From NCBI GenBank assembly GCA_964016885.1, contig OZ024754.1:29822001-29886000 (forward strand): DNA of 64,000 nucleotides. The letters are read 5' to 3'. The notes beneath the pieces were generated by a model that did no database searches, was not told the DNA's origin, and saw nothing but the letters and a program-made list of their open reading frames with translations. Positions 1-13,493 of the stretch are shown one piece after another. The stretch comes from Eledone cirrhosa. Its lineage: Eukaryota. The translations under genes were made by a program, and so were the position numbers. The first letter of the stretch is position 1. Each line of letters begins with the position of its first letter.

Positions 1-76
1 TCGGCAGCTCAACAAACAACTTAATATATATTGTATATACAAACTACTATTCAGTTAATTCCTAACTTGACTATAA

Positions 77-256
77 TTGTCTCTCCTTTAGGCACAAGGC
101 CAGCAATTAACCAGTGCATTACTTGTACTTTATTTTATCGACCCGTAAGGATGAAAGGCAAAGTCAACCTCGGTGGGATTTGAACTCAGATCGTAAAGGG
201 ACGTAACTATGCTGGAAAGCATGACGTCCGACCCTCTACTGATACTGCCAATCCAC
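77..256 (-). mobile_element. tRNA-derived SINE, family 1 (Nin/Deu-like central domain)
   Basis: Reverse strand has Pol III A box (TGGCAGTATC) and B box (GAGTTCAAATCCC), followed by GACTTTGCCTTTCATCCTTACGGGTCGATAAAAT; many copies in this window. Confidence 0.85.
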
Positions 257-269
257 ATAAATGTGTATA

Positions 270-328
270 TACAGCATTGTATATATATATATATGTGTAT
301 CTGTGTGTGTGTGTGTGTCTGTGTGTGC

Positions 329-363
<35 letters not shown>

Positions 364-709
364 CGTATCCATGTATATATTTATGTGTGAGTATGTGTGT
401 GTGTATGTATGTATGTGTATACATATTCAAATGTGATTAATGTTAAACATATATATATATATATATATACACACACATATATATATATATATATATGTGT
501 GCGTGTGTGTTTGTATATATATATATATATGTGTGTATTTATATATGTATATATATATATATATATGTATATATATACACTGTATATGTGTGTATATATA
601 TATACATGTATATATACATATATATATATGTATATATGTGTGTGTGTATGTGTGAATGTGTGTATGTGTGTATGAGTGTGTGTGTGTATGTGTGTGTGTG
701 TCTGTGTCT

Positions 710-770
<61 letters not shown>
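270..770. repeat. Compound (TG)n/(TA)n microsatellite, representative of dozens in the window
   Basis: Directly visible; source of the [12 protein letters not shown] pseudo-ORFs. Confidence 0.98.
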
Positions 771-771
<1 letters not shown>

Positions 772-1338
772 CAAATCGGAAGAGTGTATAATTTGAAACA
801 AACTCAATGTCGTATATTTATATGTAATATTATTGAAATATTTTCTTATGCGGTATATTTTGATTAATCATCTGTTTTGCTGATTAGAATTACAACCGAA
901 TTCATAACTGATTTTTGTTTTGTTCCATTACAATAGCGTTTCATTAAATGCTATCAAAGAGAGTCGTTTATATATTTAATAACATCTACGATTGGAAAAT
1001 ATAATCTAAAAGAAAACGTGTTTTCTATAAATGTGAGATCTGCTTAAAGCTACAGACTGACCTTTCAGCTGTCATTGTGTTCTTAACTGTATTGTATATT
1101 GGAGTCTACATGACTCTGTGCATGTGTGTGTGTGAATGAATGAGTGTGGATGTGCATGTATGTTGTGTGTGCGTGTGTATGGTGTGTGTGTATCTGTCTG
1201 TGTGTAAAATAATAACATTTACTATCAGAATACAGAGCAGACTCTGAATATTGATATAATTTTGGGGAAATTAAACCAGGAGGAATTGTTAATATCTTGA
1301 TAATATCTTTAGACCTGGTTCTTCCTAGTAGGTTAATC

Positions 1339-3478
1339 CACTACTATTCCAGCAGTGTAATATTTCACTACACTACTAATCCAGCAGTGTAATATTTCAC
1401 TACACTACTAATCCAGCAGTGTAATATTTCACTACACTACTAATCCAGCAGTGTAATATTTCAATACACTACTAATCCAGCAGTGTAATATTTCACTACA
1501 CTACTAATCCAGCAGTGTAATATTTCACTACACTACTAATCCAGCAGTGTAATATTTCACTACACTACTAATCCAGCAGTGTAATATTTCACTACACTAC
1601 TATTCCAACAGTGTAATATGTTACCACACTACTATTCCAACAGTGTAATATTTCACTACACTACTAATCCAGCAGTGTAATATTTCACTACACTACTATT
1701 CCAACAGTGTAATATTTTACCACACTACTATTCCAACAGTGTAATATTTTACCACACTACTAATCCAGCAGTGTAATATTTCACTACACTACTATTCCAA
1801 CAGTGTAACATTTTATTACACTACTATTCTAACAGTGTAATATTTCACTACACTACTATTCCAACAGTGTAATATTTTATTACACTACTATTCTAACAGT
1901 GTAATATTTCACTACACTACTATTCCAAAAGTGTAACATTTCACTATACTACTATTCCAACAGTGTAATATTTTATTATACTACTATTCTAACAGTGTAA
2001 TATTTCACTATACTACTATTCCAACAGTGTAATATTTTACTACACTACTATTCCAACAGTGTAATATTTCACTACACTACTATTCCAACAGTGTAACATT
2101 TCACTACAATATCATTCTACACTGGTATTCCAACAGTGTAACATTTCACTATACTACTATTCCAACAGTGTAACATTTCACTATACTACTATTCCAACAG
2201 TGTAACATTTCACTACACTATCATTCTACACTGGTATTCCAACAGTGTAACATTTCACTATACTACTATTCCAACAGTGTAACATTTCACTACACTATCA
2301 TTCTACACTGGTATTCCAACAGTGTAACATTTCACTATACTAATATTCCAACAGTGTAATATTTCACTACACTACTATTCCAACAGTGTAACATTTCACT
2401 ACACTGCTATTCCAACAGTGTAACATTTCACTATACTACTATTCCAACAGTGTAACATTTCACTATACTGCTATTCCAACAGTATAACATTTCACTACAC
2501 TGCTATTCCAACAGTGTAACATTTCACTATACTACTATTCCAACAGTGTAACATTTCACTACACTGCTATTCCAACAGTGTAACATTTCACTATACTACT
2601 ATTCCAACAGTGTAACATTTCACTACACTGCTATTCCAACAGTGTAACATTTCACTACACTGCTATTCCAACAGTGTAACATTTCACTATACTACTATTC
2701 CAACAGTGTAACATTTCACTACACTATCATTCTACACTGGTATTCCAACAGTGTAACATTTCACTATACTACTATTCCAACAGTGTAATATTTCACTACA
2801 CTATCATTCTACACTGGTATTCCAACAGTGTAACATTTCACTATACTACTATTCCAACAGTGTAATATTTCACTACACTATCATTCTACACTGGTATTCC
2901 AACAGTATAACATTTCACTATACTACTATTCCAACAGTGTAATATTTCACTACACTATCATTCTACACTGGTATTCCAACAGTATAACATTTCACTATAC
3001 TACTATTCCAACAGTGTAATATTTCACTACACTATCATTCTACACTGCTATTCCAACAGTATAACATTTCACTATACTACTATTCCAACAGTGTAATATT
3101 TCACTACACTATCATTCTACACTGGTATTCCAACAGTGTAACATTTCACTATACTACTATTCCAACAGTGTAATATTTCACTACACTATCATTCTACACT
3201 GGTATTCCAACAGTGTAACATTTCACTATACTACTATTCCAACAGTGTAACATTTCACTATACTACTATTCCAACAGTGTAACATTTCACTACACTGCTA
3301 TTCCAACAGTATAATATTGCTATTCCAACAGTGTAACATTTCACTACACTGCTATTCCAACAGTATAATATTTCACTACATTGCTATTCCAACAGTGTAA
3401 CATTTCACTACACTGCTATTCCAACAGTATAATATTTTACTACATTGCTATTCCAACATTGTAGTATTTTACTACACT
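1339..3478. repeat. 32-bp minisatellite with 77-bp higher-order units
   Basis: Unit CTACTAATCCAGCAGTGTAATATTTCACTACA (CCAGCAGT at 1381 and 1413); later units alternate with a 45-bp variant carrying an extra ATCATTCTACACT-like segment. Confidence 0.95.
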
Positions 3479-3629
3479 ATTATTACACGTCTACATGTTA
3501 TATATACTCTGTTATTACAACAGTGTACATTATTCTAATTAGGTAGACGTTTTACTATTTATAAGCCTAACATATATACCCTATTAATCTAATAATGTTC
3601 TCCTATACTATCGGTATAATAAATAATAT

Positions 3630-3815
3630 TTGTTTCTACTTTAGGGACAAGGCTAGCAAATTACCCAGTTCATTACTGGTACTTTATTTTATCGACCCCG
3701 TAAGGATGAAAGACAAAGTCAACCTCGGCGGGATTTGAACTCAGATCGTAAAGGGACGTAACTATGCTGGAAAGCATGGCGTCCGACCCTCTACCGATAC
3801 TGCCAATCCACCGCC
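3630..3815 (-). mobile_element. SINE family 1, full length
   Basis: Near-identical to 42791-42974 and the reverse complement of 49773-49960. Confidence 0.9.
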
Positions 3816-4919
3816 TATAATATTAATATTGGATCAACATTTTGATATGCAATAAACCCTCGATAAAACGGATGAATTGGGGGACGCTGTCTCCTTTAAT
3901 ACCGGAAATCTTTTAACTCGAGTGTAAACCAGGGGCCAATTTTATTGGTTGCTATCTATAGAAAAAAAGGGTTTTAATGCAATATATAGAATGCTAAGTC
4001 TGAAGTTCAATTATTTTATAGAATATGTAATTTTGCTTCAGAATCTAGTTGATTAGCATTTTGCCGTGACCAGTGTGTCAGTACAGTGATGTATCATTAA
4101 AGGTTTTGTCTGTTAATCTGAAATCCGATAAATCAGGGTCTAGTAACCGAGAGTTTATTGGATATAATTTCTACAAAATGATTGCTTCTTGTTAATATTT
4201 ATACATAACCCAGCCCATAATTATATTCAGTAAGAATATAATTACTTGACTTATATATAAACTAGCTCCATTATATCATCATTGAAAATACCATTCATAG
4301 TTATTATATAATTTAGTTTATATCAAACATTGGGACATGTGTGGTTAGGATTGGCTTGGGAAAGTTAATACAATCCAAGCTTGAATTAGAGGAAAGAAAA
4401 ATACAATAATATAAAGTTAAACAACACAACAGTCTACACCATGAAACTCCATTTCTTTCATTTGAGAAAGGTAGTGTTATTCCGATATATTATGACATAA
4501 ACTAACGGTTTACCCTCTTATTATGATTATTTTCCTAATTTACTCTTGCCGTGACAATACTTAAATATTTATATTTTCACACTTAATTCTGCAAGAATTT
4601 TCTTTTTTTTTTTCATTATATACAATAGCTAAATTCTATCTGATATTAATGTCTTGTCCCATTCCATATATTTTATTCGCACCATATTATTTCATTTCAC
4701 AGCAACGACTTCAGTTAAATTCATCTGATTGGGAAATATTATTTTTTACTTTGCATCATTTCTATTTTATGTTTCATATTCGCTACTTTTTTATCACCTT
4801 CATATTATAGTGTCAATATATATTTTTTCATTATCTCATGATTTTCACACGATTTAGCGTTTTATAGACTATTCAAGTTATATTTCCTTTTACAAACTAA
4901 AATATATGTGTGTGAGTGC

Positions 4920-4964
<45 letters not shown>

Positions 4965-5217
4965 TGAAGATATGTACGGATAAAAATTTGTTTGTGTAGA
5001 TCAGTGTACAAACAAAAATAAGATTGCTTATCAAAGTATTTTTCTCAGCATGGTCCTTGTATGAGGTACGGTAATAGTCCAAAAAGTGAGATCAAGCTAC
5101 AGTATCCAGGTAGATCACGGAGTAATAATATATTTAAATGTGTAGGGAAAACAAATGACTAGGCGTAAAGTATAGAATATTCTATATTTCACGCCTTGTC
5201 ATGTGTTTTACCTATAC

Positions 5218-5348
<131 letters not shown>

Positions 5349-5469
5349 TTATGGTAGCTAAGATGCGTCCATAGGCGGTATGCCGGTTGAGCACTCTATG
5401 CACCTACGGAGCAGAGTATGATAGAATGGAAAACGAAAAATCAGTGATGTACCGGAACTCAATTTATTG

Positions 5470-5559
5470 CGTATTACAAATGTTTCTCCGGCGGACAGCT
5501 CGAGGTGCGATCTGTGTGTGGATCAACCTGACTCTGGATTCACAGGTTCCTCAGACACG
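5470..5559 (-). ncRNA. Type I hammerhead ribozyme with 61-nt domain II
   Basis: Reverse strand: cgtgt-CTGAGGA-(61 nt)-GAAA-catttg-TA-atacg; stem I cgtgt/atacg; GUA site. Confidence 0.65.
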
Positions 5560-5568
5560 TCTATATGT

Positions 5569-5688
5569 GAAGACGTGTGGCTGAGTGGTTAGAGAATTGG
5601 ATTCACAATCTTGAGATAGTGAGTTCGATTCCTGGAGCGGGCGATGCGTTATGTCCTTGAGCAAGACACTTTATTTCACGTTGCTCCT
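5569..5688 (+). mobile_element. tRNA-derived CORE-type SINE fragment
   Basis: A box TGGCTGAGTGG, B box GAGTTCGATTCC, then GTCCTTGAGCAAGACACTT. Confidence 0.8.
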
Positions 5689-5937
5689 TCTACCTGGAGT
5701 TGCGACCGATAGATAGTATTAGCAACTGGAAAGTCCGACGGAAACATTGTTTCCTCGGTCCGATTTGACGAAAGTCGATCGATCCTATTTATTTATTTAT
5801 ATTATATATATATATATATATATATTGGAAAAGTAAATAACAACAACAAGGAGTATAGTTACGAAAGGTGTTAGGTAATAGGTTCACGCTTGAGAGTGGG
5901 GGTGGGGGCGACATATATATATATATATAAATTTAAT

Positions 5938-6172
5938 GCAGACGGCTCATTTGGTCGGTGCTTATCCTGGTTTCATAGTGTGAAGCGACTGAGAGAACAA
6001 GACTCCTCGCTGGACAGGACGCCAGTCCATCACAGATTTAGACCCCCAGCTATTGATGGTACTCACTTTCAGCTGAGTATACTAGAAATGTAGTATTTTG
6101 CTCAAGAACACAACACGCAACCCATTACGATCGCACAAGTCCAACACCCTTATCACTAGGCCACGTGCCTCC
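5938..6172 (-). mobile_element. CORE-type SINE, family 2
   Basis: Reverse complement matches 62648-62880 (GGAGGCACGTGGC...TTCTTGAGCAAAA...CTCAGCTGAAA.TGAGTACC). Confidence 0.75.
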
Positions 6173-6173
6173 A

Positions 6174-6247
<74 letters not shown>

Positions 6248-6274
6248 AAATATTGCAAAACAAATTCAAAAACG

Positions 6275-6329
<55 letters not shown>

Positions 6330-6365
6330 TACACAAATATCAAAATTATGTTCAAATCATTTAAT

Positions 6366-6412
6366 CGCTGACAATTGTTTCTTCCAAACTTTAGTTTGGA
6401 GTCATCGGAGCA
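6366..6412 (-). ncRNA. Type I hammerhead motif, U4C core variant
   Basis: tgct-CCGATGA-c-tccaaac-taaa-gtttgga-a-GAAA-caattg-TC-agcg; palindromic stem III ACAATTGT; homolog at 35951-36001. Confidence 0.7.
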
Positions 6413-7825
6413 TTATCAATGATTGTACATATAATTAACCCCCTATTCAACTGAACAATCATATAGATACATATATATTGATGTTGTGAGCAACAGTTTA
6501 GTATTTACAGGGTGTAATGGATGCGACATATATTATACGAGAATTGTACAATAATTAAAATAAAAATTAAAAGCACAGAGTGGAATACATGCGACAGATA
6601 ATACAAGAGAATAGTCTAATAATTAAAGAGGTATTGAGAAATAAGTACATATTCAAGCGAGTAGAGATTGCACATGCGTTAGTCATATATATGAGAAGGA
6701 AACAAGCAAAGGTATTAGGCATATATGAACACCACTTTCTCGCTAACTAATTTCACTCAATACTTACTTCCTAACTATATCCCCCCCCCCCCCCCAACAC
6801 ACACACTACTAACCGCTTATCGTAATAAATGGTTACTTAAGTACGATCAGCAAACTACAACTACCAACTCGGTGTATATCGCCTTTCCATCCATTTCTCT
6901 TAACTTTTTCTTCCCCCTCCATCTCTCTCTCTTTCTCTCTCTTGCTCCTTCCTTCTCTACATCTATTAACCTGCTCTCTGTCGTAATAAATAATTCCAAA
7001 CTTGATAATATCAACACAATGCCTAAGTTGTCACTTTGAGAGTAAGCAGTATAATAAAACCACTTGTTGAACCCCTATCACAACATTTAGATTAAGCTAT
7101 CTGTATTCTTCAAACCACTCTCCTCCATTTTTCCTACCCCTACAGATCTCTCTCTCTCTCTCTCTCTCCCTCTCTCTCCCTCTCCCTCTCTTTCTCTCTT
7201 CCTTTTCTACTCTCTCTTCCCCAATTACTCCCTTTAAGAAATATAAACAAACTATGATCCAGCCATTAGTTCTGAAGAATTGATGGTACGAGCAGCATTT
7301 GAAAATTCAATATCTGAAAATTAATAACTACCAATTTGCATATAGCATGACTAGGCTGTGTAACTACTAAGGAAACATTTGTAAACACTTGGAATAAATT
7401 ACATTTTTATGATGTCTACCAGTTTTATTAATCATTCTTTATATATATATATTCTAATATATATGTATTTATATATATATATATAAGAAAGTGAGCTTTT
7501 TTTTCAAAATGAAAAATAACCGGTGTCCTACACGAGTGAAAGTATAAAGAAACAAAGATGAAATCGAAAATGCAACTGGAGTCTTATTTTTAAAAATGGA
7601 TTATCCATTTATTTTGAGACTTGAAACCGCGCGGTAAGGGTGAATATAGTAAGTACAGTAAACTTTTTAAAATTTATTTTAAAACTTTTTCTCTATTTGC
7701 TAAACCTTGATTATATATGTTCTGGTTCGTCAATTTATTAACCTGCCATAGAACCACATTGGCATACGTGTCCCTATATGCAATTTTTGCACGTAGGAAA
7801 ACATACTTTATTATTATTATTATTA

Positions 7826-7890
<65 letters not shown>

Positions 7891-8254
7891 TAGCGGTTCG
7901 GCGAATGGTTCGTTGGTTGTCTGTTTCATGTGCTCTTTTTGTAGGAGCCCGTTTAGCCTCTTGCGACCGTCGAATAGGAGATTCCACTGACGATTCGTTT
8001 GCCCGCCCTGTTCTTGTTGTTGGTGCTTCCGCAGTTTTTCGGCCAATGGAGTATCTCTTCCTTCGAGGCATGACCTAAAAGCAGTACGAAGTACACTGAA
8101 ACTCACTGGCAGAGTAAGGAGTCAACTCGTCAGTGAATTAAAAACCGATGCATGTGATTTCCGAACTGTTGACTATATAATTGCTAAGCCATGAGTGCCT
8201 CTTAACCGGGGTATGGATAGAGAGAGGGGTAGCAGTAAGAGCACCGGTTGGTAT

Positions 8255-8745
8255 GTATATATATTTCAGTGCAGAAGTAAATGATAAAGTAGAAAATCAA
8301 ACTTTCCAGTTTCTTCTACAACAACTACAACGGTACGCGATGGGGCCCATCCACAGCCCCGTCAGACAGAATGGAGAAACCGTTTCCCCGGAGGACGGCA
8401 AGGGAGACGCGCTGGAAAAGCAACTCCAACTCGCGGGGCTCACACCTGTGGCTGGCCAGCTCAGCGCCTATGGTGGTGAGTAAGGAGGTAGCCCTGGGGC
8501 CGAGGACACCAGAAGGGGGTACGACCGCAAACCTGTCGGAGAGCGACCGGTATTTGAGAAGTTTGGCCCCCTCAGCCCGACGTGCAGCAGAACCTGGGTC
8601 AGTCGCAGACTGCACCAGGTTGCAGCTGCAGAAAGTGTCGGTACAAGTGACATCCCAGACGAGGGGTTTGCTACCGCGGAACGGGAAGATGGCCTTATGC
8701 CGTCTGCTCGATCCAGCCCCACCGGCTCGAGCTGGGAAGGGAAAT
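8255..8745 (-). mobile_element. 3' fragment of CRE-like non-LTR retrotransposon
   Basis: Reverse strand encodes QSATDPGSAARRAEGAKLLKYRSLSDRFAVVP, matching 52595-52828; 3' UTR shared with 23179-23300. Confidence 0.85.
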
Positions 8746-9653
8746 TGAATATGGTGTCACTGAAAAGAATGGCGTAAGTGAAACGCCACACGCACGTACA
8801 CACACTCACGCACGCAAACGCACAAATGCACGCAAACTCACTCACGCACGGGTGCACGTACACACACACACACATGTTAATAGATTTAACTCTTAGTGGA
8901 ACGCTGCACGAACAAACACACACGCGCGCACGGACACACACACGCACGCATGTTAATTAGTTATAGCTTTCCTTCCCCTCTTCCACTGTCATGTATAAAT
9001 CACAGCGTCTGTTGCTCTCTCTCTCTCTCTATCTCTCTCTCACGCTATCCCCCTCTTTTAGTCTGTCTGTTTCTTTTAGTCTGTCTGTTTCTTTCACTCT
9101 CATCTTTCTCTTTATAACTCACGCACATTTCTCCCCTCTATCGAAAAACGCTGTGACGAATGAGGAGATGGAGGAGTAGGAGTAGAGAGCCACTTCGTCA
9201 CTTCCCCGTTTCTTTCTCTCCCCTCTCACTCCCTCATTGTGTACAGACATTGTCCACTTCACTAATTCGATCCCTAGGACTAAATAATTTTAAAGTTTTT
9301 TTGTTCAAAACACTCACAGGGCCATATACGTATTACATGTGCAAAGTTTAAAAAAAAAACGGTTGGCTACTTCTCGAGTTTTAGGGAAACAGATTCACAG
9401 ACATTCTTTGTTTTATATATAGAGATATGCTGCTTTATCATAACATATATCATCATAATTGTTACTTCAGGTGTATTCAACAATTGTGATGATTGTTGTA
9501 ATTACTGTTTAAATATAATGTTACAGTCATACAGTGAGATGTGTTGTTTGCCTGGAGAGTGGTTAATTAGTACATTGTAAAAGTGTGCCTGTCTTTAACG
9601 TACGCATTTTTCATGTGACGGATAAAATGTGTCGTAGCCAGTCTAATACAAAG

Positions 9654-9716
<63 letters not shown>

Positions 9717-9812
9717 GATATATATATATACTGGCAACTAGTGTGTAGAGCTTGAATATATATATAACGTTTTTTGAAATATCCACTTCTGCGTTTACAG
9801 ATTGACTTTGTT

Positions 9813-9863
9813 AGTTTCAGAAGATCCCGTTAAGGGTGAAAGCAGCGATTCTTTGCTTAAACT
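9813..9863 (+). ncRNA. Hammerhead-like motif with U4A core
   Basis: agttt-CAGAAGA-t-ccc-gttaa-ggg-t-GAAA-gca-gcgattctt-tgc-TT-aaact; all three stems present. Confidence 0.55.
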
Positions 9864-9879
9864 TTAATCTGTTATTTTA

Positions 9880-9995
<116 letters not shown>

Positions 9996-10578
9996 CTTTG
10001 TATTAGACTGGCTACGGCACATTTTATCCGTCACACACACACACATACACACATATATATATATATACTGTTCAAGAGTAAACCAATCTTAAAGAGAGAG
10101 ATGGAGATAGGAAAGGAGAAGAGAGATTGGTGAATTTGTTAGAAGCCAAAAGCGTAAAGGCATGTGCTCAATGTGCAATATGCAGTGGAAGGCAGCTAGA
10201 GGGCTGGGTTCATGCAGAGATTAGGTGCACAGAGCTAGAAATATTCATTAGTTAAGCAAAACAAGACCACAAAATCAAAACAAGACCACAAATTCAAAAA
10301 CAAAAGTATTTATTTTGCGATAAAGTATTGATTTTCTTCTTACGGAAAAAAACTCTGGTAATCTACGACGAATTTTTTTTTTAAGCACAAAATGTACACA
10401 CCATCCCGAGACCGAGGTATTCCGTACTTCTCTGTACTGTTATATAGATATATATAATTATATATTCGTGTACAGATATTTTTAACATACACAATAACAA
10501 AATATAAACAAACATATTTATTTCACGAGTCTCGATAAGGATAAATATATATCAAATATATAAGAACCCGAGAGCAAA

Positions 10579-10608
10579 TCCCGAGCAACGCAGGGCCATT
10601 CTGCTAGT
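10579..10608 (+). mobile_element. Possible Helitron 3' terminus
   Basis: GC hairpin CCCGAGCAACGCAGGG about 9 nt upstream of CTAG|T. Confidence 0.45.
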
Positions 10609-10689
10609 ATATAACTAAAATAGAAACAAAGATTGTTGACCTTTGAAAAACTATAGGATATGTGACAATGCTCCTTACATGCAAGCAAA

Positions 10690-12820
10690 ACAAACAAAAT
10701 ACAGCAAAGAGTGAAAAATAAAATAGAAACGATGTTTGGTAACAGTATAACCAGAACTCGTCAATATAGCCTGATAACCCTCAAAGAAGAATTGAGAGCT
10801 GTCAGCGAGAAACGCCGATAGCTGAAAAGGGTAGATGAAAGAAAGGTACTTAATAAAAGATACATACATACATACTGGTCCCCAAGAACAAAGACATCCA
10901 CCTGACAAAAAACTACCGACCCATTGTATGCCAGAACCTGATATATAAGATGTATACAGCTTGCCTGAACCTATTTCTTCAAGATCACTGTGAAAATAAT
11001 AACATCATCACAGATGAACAAGCAACTGGAAGAAAAGGTGTTTGGGGATGTGCTTAACAACTCCTAACCAACAAAACTGCGATGTCGGAGGTGTGACAAC
11101 TTAGGAACAATATGGCAACAGTCTGGCCGGAAAGCATTTAATTCGGTTCCCCACTCTTGGATGATAGAGGCCCTCCGACTTACTAAAGTCACCGACATTA
11201 TTATCAGAGCCATAGAGAAGATGTCTTCTTCTTGGGCTACTATCCTAAAGAAGGAGGACTCTATTTTAACTCTTAAAATAGAATATCACAGGAGTATATT
11301 TCAAGGAGACAGTCTCTCTGTGCTACTATTTATCCTATCATTAAAACCCCTTGTCCTTTCTGCTCAAGAAATGTGAGAGATACACCATTGGCTCACAGGA
11401 GGACAGAAATACGAACTTAACCTATAATTCCTTTGTGAATGACCTGAAACTCAACGCCAAGAACATAATTGGGATGAAGAGAAATCTTGACCTCGTTACA
11501 ACATTCTCAAAGGATATAGAAATGGAGTTTGGCCAAGATAAATGTTCATATATGACTGTAAACCGGGGAAAAACTACAACCCAGTCTGGGTTGTAGTTTT
11601 TGTAAACAACATTTAGGAACGTCGTAGCGTAGGAGCCCATCTACTGAGCAAGTCTGTCTACATGAGACAGATAAGATCATGAGAGTTATGAAGGAACTCC
11701 TTCAAAGATACTCCCTGCTTGATAATCAAAAACTCACACCTAACGAAATTGCCCAACAGTACCGCAGTGAATCCATAGATGAAAAACTGCATACTTATCA
11801 GCAAAAGATCAGGCATGGATTTGTTGCCAGGAAGCTCCAGAGTGAGAGTAATATAGATAAGCAAAATAGTCTATCTTGGACCAACAACTGCTAAATTGGC
11901 TCCCATTTTGAATGATACGCTTTTGCAATCCAAGAACAGGAAATCAACACAAAATACCTGATTCACAAAAGAGATAGGGATGGAGGCAAAACACCTAGAT
12001 GTGACTGCAGAACTAGACAGACTGCAGAATTAACATCGAAGATGTCACCCATATCATAAACAGCGGTCCAAAGATGTCATCACGATACTATCTCCCGCTG
12101 AGGCATGCTGTAGTGGCAAAAACACTGTACAATGCAATCCATAGAAAAGATAGCCCCGACAATAAACACATTAAAAGCTACAGCAATCTGGAAGACATGC
12201 ACATACATAATATGAAAGAGTAGTGGTGGAATGTTCCAGTAAAAACCCCAATAAAATGCAGACATAACAGACCACATGTGATGATATGGGACAGGGAAAA
12301 GAAGGCATGCACACTAGTGGAAGTTATCTGCCCAGTAGATGCCAATGTAATATCAAAGATTAGCGAAAAGGAGAATATTTAAGCAAAACTGATGAGAAAT
12401 CTGCAGATACTCCACCCTGATTACACCTTCAGATTTATGCCTGTGATTATTGGGGCACTGGGGTATGTTAGTAACTGCCTCAATACAAATCTTAAGAAGC
12501 TGGGCTTCACAGGAACAGAAAGAACACAACTAGTTAGGAGATTACAAGTACAATCCATTAATGGAACAGTAAAAATATGTAAAACATTCCAAAATTTCTG
12601 TATCTAATAACTGCATATACACATGTACAGATACAAAGCATATACACATGCACACATATAACTCAAAACATCCACATCCACACATACAATAACATCCATA
12701 ACTGCATGCAGACATGCAGACATATCTACCTAGTTGAAGTTGTGTAAATTCCAATGAAAGAATCTTGTATCTATGTTAGAAAATTTGTGAAATTATAAAA
12801 CCAAGAGAACATACATACAT
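10690..12820 (+). mobile_element. Degenerate non-LTR retrotransposon (R4/Dong-like), RT plus restriction-like endonuclease
   Basis: Broken frames: NYRPIVCQNLIYKMYT, IFQGDSLSVLLFILSL, FVNDLKL, C-terminal RH and RP.VMIWDREKK...VE motifs; ends in (ACAT)n; many stops and frameshifts. Confidence 0.85.
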
Positions 12821-13410
12821 GGTGGCTGCCAACTCGTTTTCGAGTACGGCCACTACTTTATATCCATGTAGGAGAACCCCTACCGATGCGCTGAACGAGT
12901 GTGACTTTTTAGTCCAGCCAGCGACTTGAAAACTCTGGTACAAACACTACACTTGTGACAATTATTGACACATAGTCCTGGGCCCATGGTACCATGTGAC
13001 GACAATTGCAGAGTGATCTCCAGATATAAAGCAATGCCTGTGCCGTGAAGATTTTATAGTGAGCAAAGGCACTGCACAAAGCCAGTTCCACTCTCTTAAC
13101 CAAGATGATATTTACCAAAAAGAAGAACAAGTCAACATCATTGGATACCATCAGGGTTTTCAGATGTTATATCAGATGATCCCTTAGCCTTTGTCAAGTC
13201 AGAATTCTAAGAGAAGGAAAATATACATACATACATACATACATGGTGGCTGCCAACTCGTTTTCGAGTACGGCCACTACTTTATATCCATGTAGGAGAA
13301 CCCCTACCGATGTGCTGAACGAGTGTGACTTTTTAGTCCAGCCAGCGACTTGAAAACTCTGGTACAAACACTACACTTGTGACAATTACTGACACATAGT
13401 CCTGGGCCCA
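12819..13410. repeat. Two tandem copies of a dispersed repeat (third copy at 38941-39346)
   Basis: All three begin at ATGGTGGCTGCCAACTCGTTTTCGAG immediately after a microsatellite. Confidence 0.85.
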
Positions 13411-13462
13411 TACACACATACATACATACATACATACATACATACATACATACATACATACA

Positions 13463-13493
<31 letters not shown>

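Noticed and set aside
130-807. ORFs rich in YI/HT/CV (here and throughout)
   Set aside because: Translations of dinucleotide microsatellites, not genes
1339-3478. CRISPR-like array
   Set aside because: Head-to-tail repeat with no unique spacers, no cas genes, eukaryotic context
5720-5790. HHR-like CTGGAAA-gtc...gac-GAAA
   Set aside because: Core deviates at two positions and there is no convincing stem I
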